In this document: piece by piece, positions 1 to 9,746 of the stretch
Position numbering within the stretch: the stretch's first letter is position 1
How the letters are laid out: each line of letters opens with the position of its first letter
Origin: Vicinamibacterales bacterium
GTDB lineage: Bacteria; Acidobacteriota; Vicinamibacteria; Vicinamibacterales; UBA8438
Reading direction: 5' to 3'
Length of the DNA stretch: 64,000 bases
NCBI GenBank assembly: GCA_965116825.1
Contig: OZ220736.1
Location: 258,452-322,451 of the forward strand
Translations under genes and position numbers: made by a program
The notes under the pieces: generated by a model
Told to the model about the DNA's origin: nothing
What the model saw: the letters and a program-made list of their open reading frames with translations, nothing else
The model's database searches: none

Positions 1-1349
1 CGTCGCTTCGACCGGCTCCCCCAGGCCCAGCGACGCGAGCGACGGCCCGACCTCCGGCGGTCCGACCACCACCACGCGGAGGGCGTCGGGATCGAGGCGG
101 CGTCTGGCCGCTTCCGCCGCGGCGCCGGCGTCGACCGCCGCCACCCGTGCGACGAAGGTCGTGTACTCGTCGTCGGGCAGCTCGTACAGCGCGAGCCGCA
201 GCGCGGCGTGCGCCACCTGCCCGGCGGTCTCGAAATTGCGCGCGAAGCCGCTGGTGAGCACCGGCCTTGCCGCCGCGAGCTCTGCCCCGGTCACCGGCCG
301 GGCGGCGCGGATGTCCCGGATCTCCCGCAGCGCCTCGCGGATCGCGTCGCCGGTCACCGCGGCATCGACCGCCGTCTGCAGCGCGAACGGCCCCGGACGC
401 CGGCGGCCGTCGAATCCCGTCCGCACCCCGTAGGTGTATCCCCTCGCCTCGCGGAGATTCAGATTGAGCCGGCTGACGAACTGCCCGCCGAGCACCATGT
501 TCATGACCATGACGGCGGGGTAGTCCGGGGCGCGCCGCACGATGCCCGCATGCCCGATCCGCAACTCGGACTGGACCGCGCCGGCGCGCGGCACGAAGGC
601 GAGCCGGCCCGCCGGGGGGGCGCCCGGCGCGCCGGGCGCCTCGGCGGGCGCGGGGTCCGCGGCAAGCGCCGCGTGCGGAATGCTCGCCACGAGAGACGCC
701 AGCTCCGCGCCCGGCGCGCACCCTCGACCGCCCGCCCGGATCAGGGTCCAGCGCGCCGGGGCGTAGTGGGCGGCATGGAACGCCCGCACGTCGTCGAGCG
801 TCGTGCGCGCAAGCGCCGTCTCGGTGCCGGCCGGCGTGTGGCCGTAGGGGTGCGTGCCATAGACCGACCGCAGGAACGCCCGTTCGGCGACCGCCGCCGC
901 CGCGTGGCGCATCTGCGCCAGGCGGCTGATCCGCAGCGTCCGGATCCGTTCGACCTCTTGCGGGTCGAAGCGCGGCTCGGTCGCCAGCTCGATCAACAGC
1001 CCCAGGGCCTCCCGGGCGTGGCGCGCGAGCGCCGTGATGGACAGTACGGTGGCGTCGCTCGTGACGTCGGTTCCGAGGCGGCCCCCGATCCGGCCGAGCG
1101 CTTCGTACAGCTCGATGCCCGACCGCCGGCGCGTGCCGTCGTCCAGCAGGTCCGCCGTAAAGGCGGCGAGTCCCTCGCGCCCCGGCGGATCCGCCGCCGA
1201 GCCGGACGGAACGAGCAGCACGAAGCCGATCAGGTCCGTCTCGTGGTGATCGACGCTCCACAGCCGGACGCCGTTCGACAAGGTCTCGCGCTCGATGGCG
1301 GGAAACCGCAGCGGCACCGCCGCGCCGACGGGCGGCAGCCCGCTCCTGT
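1..1349 (-). CDS. M16 (pitrilysin) family peptidase, non-catalytic-type subunit; C-terminus cut by window edge
   Basis: Own translation of the minus strand (absent from the ORF track because no stop lies inside the window). GTG at 1349, then VPVDRSGLPP..ERETLSNGVRLWSVDHHETDLIGFVLLVPSGSAADPPGREGLAAFTADLL..VRAFHAAHYAP..ARGYTYGVRTGF. M16-like sequence without an HxxEH motif. It starts 9 nt after the stop of the catalytic M16 gene, the usual paired layout. Confidence 0.75.
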
Positions 1350-1358
1350 CGACCGGCA

Positions 1359-2648
1359 CTACCGCGACTCCACCGGCGTCGAGCCGGCCAGCGCGGCGGC
1401 GCCGCGGCCGGCGGGGACGACGCTGAGGGCGATCCGCGAGTCCGCCCCGAGCTCGGCCGAGACGGCGGCGGCCACGCTCTCGGGCGTGGCCTGCAGGTAG
1501 CGGTCGAAGTCCGCCGGCGCGTAGGCGGGCGTGCCGGTATAGACGTTGTACGTGTTCAGCAGGTCGGACCTGCCGCCGAAGCCGCCGACGGACTGCCGCT
1601 GCCACGCGTGGTCCGCCTCCGCCAGGTTGCGGGCGCGCTCGAGCTCCGCGCCGGTCGGGCCGTCCGCCGCGAGCCGGTCGATCTCCGCGCGGATGACGGC
1701 CTCGATCTCGTCCAGCCCGCGGCCCGGGGCCGCGGTCGCGACCACGCCGAAGTGGCCGGAGATCTCGAGGGAGGACTGGTGCGCGGTCACGTCGGTGGCG
1801 AGCCGCCGATCCTGGAGCAGAGCCCGATTCAGCCGCGAGGACTTGCCGCCGGCGAGCACCATCGCGGCCAGATCCAGCTCGGCGTCCCGCGGCCCGAAGA
1901 GCCGCGGCGTGACCCAGCCGAGGTACAGCCGGGGCGCCCCGACGCGATCCTCCAGCAGCAGGGCGCGGTGCGGGTCGCAGGCCGCCGGCGGGGGCAAGGT
2001 GACCGGCGGCGGCGCCGGTCCCGGGGGGATCTCCTCGAAGTACGCGCGGGCGGCCCGGATCGCGTCGTCGGTGCGCACGTCGCCGGCGATCGCCAGCGAC
2101 GCGTTGGCCGGGTGGTAGTACGTCGCGAAGAAATCGCGAACGTCGTCGAGGGTGGCCGCGCGCACGTCCTCGGGCCAGCCGATGACGGGCCAGTGGTACG
2201 GATGCTCCGGCGGCAGGTGGGCCGCCGTCAGCGTCATCGACGCGAGCCCGTAGGGCCGGTTCTCGTAGCTCTGCCGCCGCTCGTTCAGCACGACCTCGCG
2301 CTGCGTGTCCAGCTTCTCGGGCGTCAGCGCGGGCAGCAGGTACCCCATCCGGTCCGACTCCATCCACAGCGCACGCTCGAATGCGCCGCGCGGCACGACC
2401 TCCCAGTAGTTGGTACGGTCCGCGCTGGTCGATCCGTTCAGCGTCCCGCCCGCCTCCTGCAGCGGCCGGAAGTACCCGCTGTCGTGGTGCTCGGAGCCCT
2501 CGAACATCAGGTGCTCGAAGAGATGCGCGAAGCCGGTCCGGCCCGGCCGCTCGTTCTTGGAGCCGACGTGGTACCAGACGTTGACGGCGACGATCGGGCA
2601 GTGGCGATCCTCGTGCACGATCACGTCGAGCCCGTTGTCGAGCGTCAC
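1359..2648 (-). CDS. M16 family zinc metallopeptidase (insulinase/pitrilysin-like), catalytic-type
   Basis: 429-aa ORF. Inverted zinc motif HxxEH present (GFAHLFEHLMFEGSEH), followed by the typical NGSTSADRTNYW segment. Confidence 0.9.
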   Translation of the reverse strand: MTLDNGLDVIVHEDRHCPIVAVNVWYHVGSKNERPGRTGFAHLFEHLMFEGSEHHDSGYFRPLQEAGGTLNGSTSADRTNYWEVVPRGAFERALWMESDRMGYLLPALTPEKLDTQREVVLNERRQSYENRPYGLASMTLTAAHLPPEHPYHWPVIGWPEDVRAATLDDVRDFFATYYHPANASLAIAGDVRTDDAIRAARAYFEEIPPGPAPPPVTLPPPAACDPHRALLLEDRVGAPRLYLGWVTPRLFGPRDAELDLAAMVLAGGKSSRLNRALLQDRRLATDVTAHQSSLEISGHFGVVATAAPGRGLDEIEAVIRAEIDRLAADGPTGAELERARNLAEADHAWQRQSVGGFGGRSDLLNTYNVYTGTPAYAPADFDRYLQATPESVAAAVSAELGADSRIALSVVPAGRGAAALAGSTPVESR

Positions 2649-2685
2649 CTTGACGTGCGGGATGTCGGCAGGCAGCGTGCTCCCC

Positions 2686-3102
2686 CTATTCCCCGAGGAT
2701 CTGGACGACCACCTGGCGCGTCCGCGGGCGCGTATCGAGCTCGGCGAGCACGATCTGCTGCCAGGTGCCGAGGCACACGCGCCGGTCCTGGAACGGCAGG
2801 GTCAGCGACGGCCCGAGCAGCGCGGCGCGCGCGTGGCTCGACCCGTTGTCGTCGCCCCAGCGCTCGTGGTGCCGGTACGCGCCGCTACGCGGGGCCAGGC
2901 GTTCGAACATCGCGTCGAAGTCGGCCACCGCGCCCGGCTCGAACTCGATGGTCGTGACGCCGGCGGTCGATCCGACGACGGCGACGGTCACGATGCCGGC
3001 CGCCAACCCGGAGGCGGACACCGCCGCGGCCACCGGCCCGGTGATGTCGCGCAGGTCGCCCTGACCCGACGTCCGCTCCTCGTGGGTAGCCGTGTGCACC
3101 AT
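2686..3102 (-). CDS. YjbQ/UPF0047 family protein (secondary thiamine-phosphate synthase-like)
   Basis: 138-aa ORF. Family-typical segments ITGPV..SGLAAGIVTVAVVGSTAGVTTIEFEPG, RHHERWGDDNGSSHARAALLGPSLTLP and LGTWQQIVLAELD. Confidence 0.8.
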   Translation of the reverse strand: MVHTATHEERTSGQGDLRDITGPVAAAVSASGLAAGIVTVAVVGSTAGVTTIEFEPGAVADFDAMFERLAPRSGAYRHHERWGDDNGSSHARAALLGPSLTLPFQDRRVCLGTWQQIVLAELDTRPRTRQVVVQILGE

Positions 3103-3184
3103 GATCCTGGTTCGGAACCGTTCATCTTAGCAGCCTGTAAGCGCCCGCACCGGCGGGATAGAATCCAGGGGCGAAGAGGGCCCC

Positions 3185-3745
3185 ATGATGACCATCCCGA
3201 GACGAATATTCGCCGCGCTCCCGATTGCGCCGGCCGTCTGCCTCGCCGTTCTGCTGATTGCGACCGGGAAGGCGCAGGAGCCGGCGCTGACCTTCGATCC
3301 GCCGGCGGCATGGATCGCCGTGCCGGCCTCGTCGCCGATGCGCGTGGCCCAGTTCGTCCTGCCGAAGGCCGCCGGCGACGCCGAGGACGCCGAGCTCGCC
3401 GTCTTCTACTTCGGCGGGGCCGGCGGCACGGTGGAGGCCAACCTGGAACGGTGGACCGGCCAGATGCTGCAGCCGGACGGACGCCGCTCGGCCGACGTCG
3501 CAACGACCACCACCTTCATGACCGGGGACCTGGCGGTGACCACGCTCGACGTGCCGGGCATCTACGCGGCCGAGGTACGCCCCGGCTCGGGGATGCGCTT
3601 CCACAAGCCGGAGTTCCGGCTCCGGGCGGCGGTGGTCGAGACTCCCGCCGGGCCGTACTTCTTCCGGCTCACCGGCCCCGCGGGGACCGTCGAGGCGTGG
3701 GACGACGGCTTCGTGTCGCTGCTCGAGTCCGTCCGCTTCGAGTAG
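3185..3745 (+). CDS. Secreted hypothetical protein
   Basis: 186-aa ORF. N-terminal signal-peptide-like segment ([28 protein letters not shown]). Non-repetitive composition, unlike the overlapping Arg/Pro-rich ORFs. No family recognised. Confidence 0.6.
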   Translation: MMTIPRRIFAALPIAPAVCLAVLLIATGKAQEPALTFDPPAAWIAVPASSPMRVAQFVLPKAAGDAEDAELAVFYFGGAGGTVEANLERWTGQMLQPDGRRSADVATTTTFMTGDLAVTTLDVPGIYAAEVRPGSGMRFHKPEFRLRAAVVETPAGPYFFRLTGPAGTVEAWDDGFVSLLESVRFE

Positions 3746-3784
3746 GGTCGCGCGCGAGACGGCGCGTCTCCCGGCGTGCGCGCC

Positions 3785-5359
3785 TCAAACCCCCTCCCGA
3801 TTCGCCGGCGGCACGGCTTCCGAAGCTGGTGGCGGTATGGGAACCGGCGGCGCGGGAACCGGCGGCGCGGGAAGGCCCGCGCCCGGGGCCGGCGGCGCGG
3901 GAAGGCCCGGGGCCGGCGCCGACGGCGAGAACCGGTTCAGGATGAAGGCGCCGAGCCCCGCCGTCCACGCCGCGTACTCCAGCGCCAGGCCGAACAGCGC
4001 CAGCAGCACACCCAGCCCCCGGAAGAGCCCGCCGAAGACCCCCAGAGCCTCTCCCGCCAAGGTCGGCAGGAGGATCAGCGCCACGCCGGCCCAGACGCTC
4101 GCGTAGACGGCCGCGTTCGAGACGCCCAGCCGGCTCCGTACCAGCTCGCCGGCGCCCAGCACGGCGCCGCTGAACCCCACCAGCATGACGAGTCCGGCGG
4201 CCAGGACGACGAAGGGCAGCAGCAGCAGCAACGGTATGCCCACGATGGAGATCACCGCGATCAGTATCCCGGACACCAGCAACGGCAGCGCCAGCACCTG
4301 GGCGACGACGCCGACCACGCCGGCCTTGAGGGGTTCGGCGCGCGCGCGCCCGGCGGTGCGTTCGACGGGGCCGCGGGCCACGAGCAGGACGCCGGACGCG
4401 AGCAGGGCCAGCAGGAGCAGCCGCATGGCCGTCCCGAACAGATCCCCGCGCCCCGGCCAGCCGCCGGGCCAACCGATCTGCCACCAGCGGCCGGCATCCA
4501 TGCCGCGGATGCCGCTCACGCCGACCTGCGTCACCGCGCCCCGCAGCTCGGCGGCCGGCGCGCGCTGCAACGTCCCGACGACCACCGTGACGTCGCCGCG
4601 CACCACCGCCTCGGGACCGAGGCGCAGCGGCCCGGCAATCACCACGACGTCGCCCGTCACCTCCCCGTCGACGAAGAGCGGGCCCATGATCACCGTCGCG
4701 TCTCCCCGGACCCGCTCGTCGCGCTCGATCGTGACCGGTCCACCGAGGCGGAACACGTCGCGGCGGGTGATTGTCCGGCGCACCGGCGCAGCGTCCGCTT
4801 CACCGGCGGACTCCGCTGCGTTCCGCCCGGCGGCGGCAGAAGCTGCGGCCGCCGGGGCCGTGGCGGCGGATTGCTCCGTACCGGCCGCTTCGCCGGCAGT
4901 CGGCGCCTCGGGCTGCGCCTCCTGCTCCATCGCCGCGGCCGGGTCTGCGGGGTCGCCTTCATCGCCGCCGAACAGCGCCTGCCGGGCCGCGTCGCCGAGA
5001 TACGTGACCCGCAGCACCAGGTCGGCGTCGTCGCCGAACGCGCGCCGCAGTTCCAGCCCGGACACCGGCACGCCGTCCACGGCGACCACGCCGTCGCCGA
5101 GCGTGATCACGCGCGCCGCACCGTCGGCCGCGGTGGACGTCAACGCCAGACCGTCGGGCCGCAGGTCCACCTGGAATCGCTCGCGGACAGCGCCGGCCAG
5201 CGACTCCTCCTGAGCGGTGGGCTCCGCCTGGCCGGCGACGGCGCCGGTCGGCGCCGTCGAGAGCACGAGCAGTCCGATCCAGTACGCGGCGACGGCGGCT
5301 CCGGTGCGGCGGCGATTGGCATGACTGACCACTGTTCCCTCCCCTGCTGCGACCCTCAT
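3785..5359 (-). CDS. Membrane protein with beta-helix (bactofilin/polymer-forming-like) repeat region, multi-TM block and Pro-rich C-terminal tail
   Basis: Part of the 536-aa ORF. Repeats such as RVRGDATVIMGPLFVDGEVTGDVVVIAGPLRLGPEAVVRGDVTVVVGTL. These are followed by about 5 hydrophobic helices and a PAPPAPGAGLPAPPVPAPPVPIPPP tail. Start uncertain: ATG 5359, or GTG 5332 preceded by GGAGGG. The ORF-track start at 5395 would overlap the upstream gene. Confidence 0.6.
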   Translation of the reverse strand: MRVAAGEGTVVSHANRRRTGAAVAAYWIGLLVLSTAPTGAVAGQAEPTAQEESLAGAVRERFQVDLRPDGLALTSTAADGAARVITLGDGVVAVDGVPVSGLELRRAFGDDADLVLRVTYLGDAARQALFGGDEGDPADPAAAMEQEAQPEAPTAGEAAGTEQSAATAPAAAASAAAGRNAAESAGEADAAPVRRTITRRDVFRLGGPVTIERDERVRGDATVIMGPLFVDGEVTGDVVVIAGPLRLGPEAVVRGDVTVVVGTLQRAPAAELRGAVTQVGVSGIRGMDAGRWWQIGWPGGWPGRGDLFGTAMRLLLLALLASGVLLVARGPVERTAGRARAEPLKAGVVGVVAQVLALPLLVSGILIAVISIVGIPLLLLLPFVVLAAGLVMLVGFSGAVLGAGELVRSRLGVSNAAVYASVWAGVALILLPTLAGEALGVFGGLFRGLGVLLALFGLALEYAAWTAGLGAFILNRFSPSAPAPGLPAPPAPGAGLPAPPVPAPPVPIPPPASEAVPPANREGV

Positions 5360-5366
5360 CAAGTGT

Positions 5367-6617
5367 CTACGCAGGCGGGGAGCCGCCGGTTTCAACGCTC
5401 GACCTGGCGAGGCTGGCGGGCTGGCGGCCCCGGAGGCCGAGGGCGTGCTCGGCGATGACCCTGCGGTGCAGCTCGCTCGTGCCTTCGCCCACCTCCAGCG
5501 TCTTGGCCTCGAGCAGCAGCCGGCCGACCTCGTACTCCGCCGAGAAGCCGTAGCCGCCGTGGATCTGGATGGCGTCGAGCGCGTTGGCGGTGGCCGCCTC
5601 GCTCGCGGTCAGCTTCGCCATCGACGCCTCCACGGAGCAGCGCTCGACGCCGGCGTCCTTCATGCGGCCGAGGCGGTAGACGAGCGCGCGCGCCGACTCC
5701 GTCCGGCAGATCATGTCGGCGATCTTCTGCTGGATCATCTGGAACTCGCCGATCCGCCGGCCGAACGCCTCCCGCCCGGCGGCGTACGGCACGCTCAGGT
5801 CGATGGCCCGCTGCGCCTGCCCCACGCAGCGCGCGGCCACCGAGAAGCGCCCCATGTCCAGCGCAGCCCCGAGGATCGGGAACCCGCGCCCCACCTCTCC
5901 GAGCACGGCGTCGTCGCCCACGGCGACCCGATCGAAGTGGATGGTGGCCAGGTTGTCGCGTTTCAGGGTGCGCATCGGCAGGTCGCCGATCTCGACGCCC
6001 GCGGCGCGCGGGTCGACCAGGAAGACGGTGACGCCCCGGTGGCGCGCGGCGGGATCGACCGTCGCCGCCACCAGCAGCAGGCCGGCGTGCGCGGCGTGCG
6101 AGATGAACACCTTCGAGCCGCTGAGCGACCAGCCGCCGGCGGTCCGCTCCGCCCGGGTGCGCACCGCGGCCAGGTCGCTGCCCCCTCCCGGCTCGGTGAG
6201 GGCCGCCGCGGTCAACACCGACCCGTCGCAGATTCCCGGCAGCCAGCGGTCGCGTTGGGCGTCCGTTCCGAAACGCACGATCGAGCCGGCGACGAGCGAG
6301 TTGGTGACCGAGACCACCGACGCGACGACCCAGTCGATGCGCGCCAGCTCCTCGCAGATCACGCCGTAGGTGACGACGTCGCAGCCGCCGCCGCCGTACT
6401 CCTCCGGCAGCAGCGGGGCCAGGTACCCGAGCGGCACCAGCTTGCGGATCGGCTCCGCCGGGTACCGCTCCGCGCGCTCGTGCTCCTCGACGAACGGCAG
6501 GATCTCGCGTTCGGCGAACTCCCGGACGGCGGCCCGCACCTGGCGCTGCTCCGGCGTGAGATCGAAATCGGCGGTACGGCTCGGGGCGCTCGCGGCCGCG
6601 GCGGTCGTGACCGGCAT
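5367..6617 (-). CDS. Acyl-CoA dehydrogenase
   Basis: C-terminal 416 aa of the 717-aa track ORF. MPVTTAAA..FDLTPEQRQVRAAVREFAEREILPFVEEHERAERYP.., LTEPGGGSD, IHGGYGFSAEYEVGRLLLEAKTLEVGEGTSE. ATG at 6617 preceded by GGAGGAAC. The upstream 300 aa of the track ORF are Arg-rich nonsense. Confidence 0.9.
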   Translation of the reverse strand: MPVTTAAAASAPSRTADFDLTPEQRQVRAAVREFAEREILPFVEEHERAERYPAEPIRKLVPLGYLAPLLPEEYGGGGCDVVTYGVICEELARIDWVVASVVSVTNSLVAGSIVRFGTDAQRDRWLPGICDGSVLTAAALTEPGGGSDLAAVRTRAERTAGGWSLSGSKVFISHAAHAGLLLVAATVDPAARHRGVTVFLVDPRAAGVEIGDLPMRTLKRDNLATIHFDRVAVGDDAVLGEVGRGFPILGAALDMGRFSVAARCVGQAQRAIDLSVPYAAGREAFGRRIGEFQMIQQKIADMICRTESARALVYRLGRMKDAGVERCSVEASMAKLTASEAATANALDAIQIHGGYGFSAEYEVGRLLLEAKTLEVGEGTSELHRRVIAEHALGLRGRQPASLARSSVETGGSPPA

Positions 6618-7195
6618 CAGGTTCCTCCGTTGCGCCGGCCCGCCGCCCAGCGCAGCGCCGCGGCCAGATCGACCGCGGCCCGCGCGAGCTGCCGTATGCG
6701 GCCGGCGAGATCCGCCGATGCCGCGTGCCCCGCCGTGAAGTCGTCCTTGGTGGCGTAGACGTAGCGCGGAACGATGTGGCAGCGGAAATCGAACATCAGG
6801 CTGTTGGCGAGCCCGATCGGCGACATGTAGCTCCGGTGCCCGCCGGCGGCGCACAGAAACCCGACCGGCTTCTCCCCCCAGGCCTGTCCGGTCAGCTCGA
6901 CGAAGTTCTTCGCGGCGGCGTTCAGGTCGTAGTTGTAGACCGGCGACGCAATCAGGATGGCGCCGGCGCCGGCGACCTTCTCCGTCACCGGCCGGATCGC
7001 AGGGTGCTCGTAGCAGGCCTTGCCGTCGCAGATCGGCAGGTCCCACTCGCGCAGATCGAGCACCTCGTGCGGCGCGCCGATCGCCTGCAGCGCTTCTGCG
7101 GCACCAAGGGCCAGCGCGTGCGAGCGGCTGGCGGGGTTGAGCGAGCAGGACACAACAAGCACGGGATCGGCGGCTTCGTCGACCAGGGGATTCAT
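6617..7195 (-). CDS. NAD(P)H-dependent FMN reductase family oxidoreductase
   Basis: Last 192 aa of the 560-aa track ORF. MNPLVDEAADPVLVVSCSLNPASRSHALA..ILIASPVYNYDLNAAAKNFVELT. Its TGA (6617-6619) shares one nucleotide with the ATG of the downstream acyl-CoA dehydrogenase, suggesting translational coupling. Confidence 0.8.
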   Translation of the reverse strand: MNPLVDEAADPVLVVSCSLNPASRSHALALGAAEALQAIGAPHEVLDLREWDLPICDGKACYEHPAIRPVTEKVAGAGAILIASPVYNYDLNAAAKNFVELTGQAWGEKPVGFLCAAGGHRSYMSPIGLANSLMFDFRCHIVPRYVYATKDDFTAGHAASADLAGRIRQLARAAVDLAAALRWAAGRRNGGT

Positions 7196-7248
7196 CGCGG
7201 GAGAGTATAGTGGCCGGCCCGCCGCGGTGGGACGAGTGAGGCCCCCGT

Positions 7249-8433
7249 TCAGACGACGCCGCGTTCGCGCAGCGCCGCGACCGCCGGGCGCGAGTAGCCG
7301 AGGTCGGCCAGGATGGCCGCGGTGTGCTCGCCGAGCGACGGCGCGCGCCCGCGGATGCCGGCCGGCGCCGCCGACAGCGAAAACGGCGTCTGTGCCACCG
7401 GCGCCTGCGCCTCGGATCCCGGGGCGGCCACCGAGCGCAGCAACCCGATGGCCTGCACGTGCGCGTCGTCGAGCACCTGTTGCGGCGAGAGCACCGGCCC
7501 GGCCGGGATGCGCGCCGCATCGAGAGCGGCCAGCGCCTCGTCCGTGGTCCGTTCGCCGCACCATGCGGCCATCCGTTCGCTGATGGCCGCCCCGTTGTCG
7601 CCGCGGGACCGGTCGTCGGCGAAACGCGGGTCGTCGAGCCAGTGCGGCTCTCCGACGAGCGCCGTCCAGCGCCGGAAGAGCGGCTGGCCGATGCACTGCA
7701 CCAGCACCCAGCCGTCGCGCGTGCGAAAGGCGTCCGACGGCGCCTGCGTCTGGCTGCGGTTGCCGGTGGCCACCCGGTCCGGCCGGATCATCGCCTGCTC
7801 CATCAGCATGCCGTTGGCGATGGTGAGCGCCGAGGCGAGCAGCGACGCCCGCACCTGCTGCCCCTGCCCGGTCTCCCGCCGCACCAGCAGCGCCGCCAGC
7901 GTGCCCACCGTGGCGACCAGTGCGGTCGTGAAGTCGACGTACGGGCAGTAGGCCCGGGTGGGCTCGCCGGGGCGGCCCGACAGGTACATGATGCCGGACA
8001 TCGCCTGGCCGATGCCGTCGAACCCGAGCCGGTGGGACGACGGCCCGCCGCTGCCGAACGCCGAGACGCTGGTCAGGATTACGTCCGGCCTGATCGCCGC
8101 GAGCGCGTCGTAGTCCAACCCGAGCGCCTCGAGCGCCGCATCCGGCAGGTTCGCCACGACCACGTCGGTCTGCGCCACCAGCCGCTGCAGCACGTGCCGC
8201 CCCTCGGGCGTGCGCGGGTCGAGGGTCATCCCCCGCTTGCCGCGATTCACCTGCAGGTAGAAGGCGCCGTCGCCGGCCTCGGTGACCGGCACGAGCCAAC
8301 GATCTTCCCCGCCGCGCACCTTCTCCACGCGGATCACGTCGGCGCCGAGATCGGCGAGCAGCGCCGCGCAGAACGGGCCGGCGATGAAGCGGCCGAAGTC
8401 GAGGACGCGGAGGCCGTGCAAGGGGTCGGGCAT
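7249..8433 (-). CDS. Family III CoA-transferase (CaiB/BaiF-like)
   Basis: Last 394 aa of the 727-aa track ORF. MPDPLHGLRVLDFGRFIAGPFCAALLADLGADVIRVE.., FYLQVNRGKRGMTLD, VVVANLPDAALEALGLDYDAL. Confidence 0.88.
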   Translation of the reverse strand: MPDPLHGLRVLDFGRFIAGPFCAALLADLGADVIRVEKVRGGEDRWLVPVTEAGDGAFYLQVNRGKRGMTLDPRTPEGRHVLQRLVAQTDVVVANLPDAALEALGLDYDALAAIRPDVILTSVSAFGSGGPSSHRLGFDGIGQAMSGIMYLSGRPGEPTRAYCPYVDFTTALVATVGTLAALLVRRETGQGQQVRASLLASALTIANGMLMEQAMIRPDRVATGNRSQTQAPSDAFRTRDGWVLVQCIGQPLFRRWTALVGEPHWLDDPRFADDRSRGDNGAAISERMAAWCGERTTDEALAALDAARIPAGPVLSPQQVLDDAHVQAIGLLRSVAAPGSEAQAPVAQTPFSLSAAPAGIRGRAPSLGEHTAAILADLGYSRPAVAALRERGVV

Positions 8434-8634
8434 GATTCGGGAAGAATCTACACCGGCCGGGTCGCCCGGCGTCTCCGGAGACGGCACGCGCCCGGTTGCG
8501 CCCCGCGAACCGAACGATCTAGAGTCCACTGCACTTCGGCTCCCGCGCTCCGGGTGCACCGCATACCTGCAGTTGACGAAGACCATGCCCGGCTCGGGGC
8601 CGCGGGGCCGACGACGGGCAGCCAGGAGGAGAGC

Positions 8635-9060
8635 ATGGACAGCAAGGCATCGGCCGTCTGGAAGGGCGACCTGAAGGGCGGCAACGGCACGATCTCGGCC
8701 AACAGCGGCGTCCTGTCCGGCGCCGCGTTCACGTTCGCGACACGGTTCGAGGGCAGCCCGGGGACGAATCCGGAGGAGCTCGTCGCGGCGGCGCACGCCG
8801 GCTGCTTCTCGATGGCGCTGTCGAACGAGCTCGCCAAGGGCGGCAACACGCCGGATCACGTCAGCACCACCGCCACGGTGACCCTCGAGCCGGTCGAGGG
8901 CGGGGTCGCGGTCACGAAGATCCACCTCGAGTGCTCGGCCAAGGTGCCCGGCATCAGCCAGGCCGCGTTCGACGAGACGGCGAACGGCGCGAAGACCGGC
9001 TGTCCGATCTCGAAGCTGATGAACGCCGAGATCTCGCTGAACGCCGTCCTCGAGGCCTAG
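8635..9060 (+). CDS. OsmC family peroxiredoxin
   Basis: Last 141 aa of the 578-aa track ORF. MDSKASAVWKGDLKGGNGTIS.., both family cysteines present (AAHAGCFSMAL and KTGCPISK). ATG preceded by AGGAGGAGAGC. Confidence 0.88.
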   Translation: MDSKASAVWKGDLKGGNGTISANSGVLSGAAFTFATRFEGSPGTNPEELVAAAHAGCFSMALSNELAKGGNTPDHVSTTATVTLEPVEGGVAVTKIHLECSAKVPGISQAAFDETANGAKTGCPISKLMNAEISLNAVLEA

Positions 9061-9215
9061 CGCGACTTGGCGGTCGCGTTGGAGCTTGCTGGCGCGACAC
9101 TTCTGCGGCGCAAACTTCCGGCCCGTCAATCGCCGCGGGTCTCGGAACGCGGCCGGTCCGGTCCCCGCAGCACGCTGCGGCGGCGCCCGGGTCCGGCCGC
9201 GTATACTCTCTGGTG

Positions 9216-9671
9216 ATGCATACGCGTCGCGCGGTTGCCTGGATCGTTGCCGGCGGCCTGGGGCCGATTCTCGCGATTGCCGGCGCACCGGCGGGGGCCG
9301 CCGCTTCCGCTGCTCTCGGCGCCCAGCCGGCCGCGGCGGCCCTGTACCGTTGCGTAGCCGCGACGACGGTGGCGGTGGCGAGCCTGGGCATCGACCTGTG
9401 CGACGCGGAGCCGACGCCGCTGCTGGCCGCACGCGCCGAGCCGGACAATCTGCAGACCCGGGCCGGCGCGCTGGTCGCCGCGGTCGACGACGGCGGCATC
9501 GCGGCCGTGGCCGGCGTGCAGCCGGGCGACATGATCTACCGCGTCGCGGGCGTCGACGTGGCCGCGGCCGACGAAGGCGTGCCGGGCCTGACGCGCGTCG
9601 GGACCGACAGCGACACGCAGATCAACTTCCTGCGGCGGGGCCGGCCCTACCGCATCAAGCTGCGCCGCTGA
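9216..9671 (+). CDS. Small secreted PDZ-domain-like protein
   Basis: In-frame ATG inside the 246-aa ORF. Signal-like N-terminus (AWIVAGGLGPILAIAGAPAGAAASA). PDZ-like core GALVAAVDDGGIAAVAGVQPGDMIYRVAGVDV. Confidence 0.5.
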   Translation: MHTRRAVAWIVAGGLGPILAIAGAPAGAAASAALGAQPAAAALYRCVAATTVAVASLGIDLCDAEPTPLLAARAEPDNLQTRAGALVAAVDDGGIAAVAGVQPGDMIYRVAGVDVAAADEGVPGLTRVGTDSDTQINFLRRGRPYRIKLRR

Positions 9672-9746
9672 CCGCGTCCCGCTTCCGACACGGCCAGTTG
9701 CCAGCGCCCCGCAACGCCGCGCGGGCCCGGTGTTCTAGAATGGGGC

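Noticed and set aside
5367-9432. Very long versions of the ORFs 5367..7520, 6617..8299 and 7249..9432 that would overlap each other by hundreds of codons
   Set aside because: Only the C-terminal parts look like real proteins. Internal ATGs with SD-like sequences and stop/start coupling give normal-length enzymes. The upstream extensions are Arg-rich read-through of the neighbouring gene in another frame. The same logic was applied to 14007..16580, 17164..19551, 24396..26930, 27043..30048, 53562..55313, 56375..58300 and 59763..61169.
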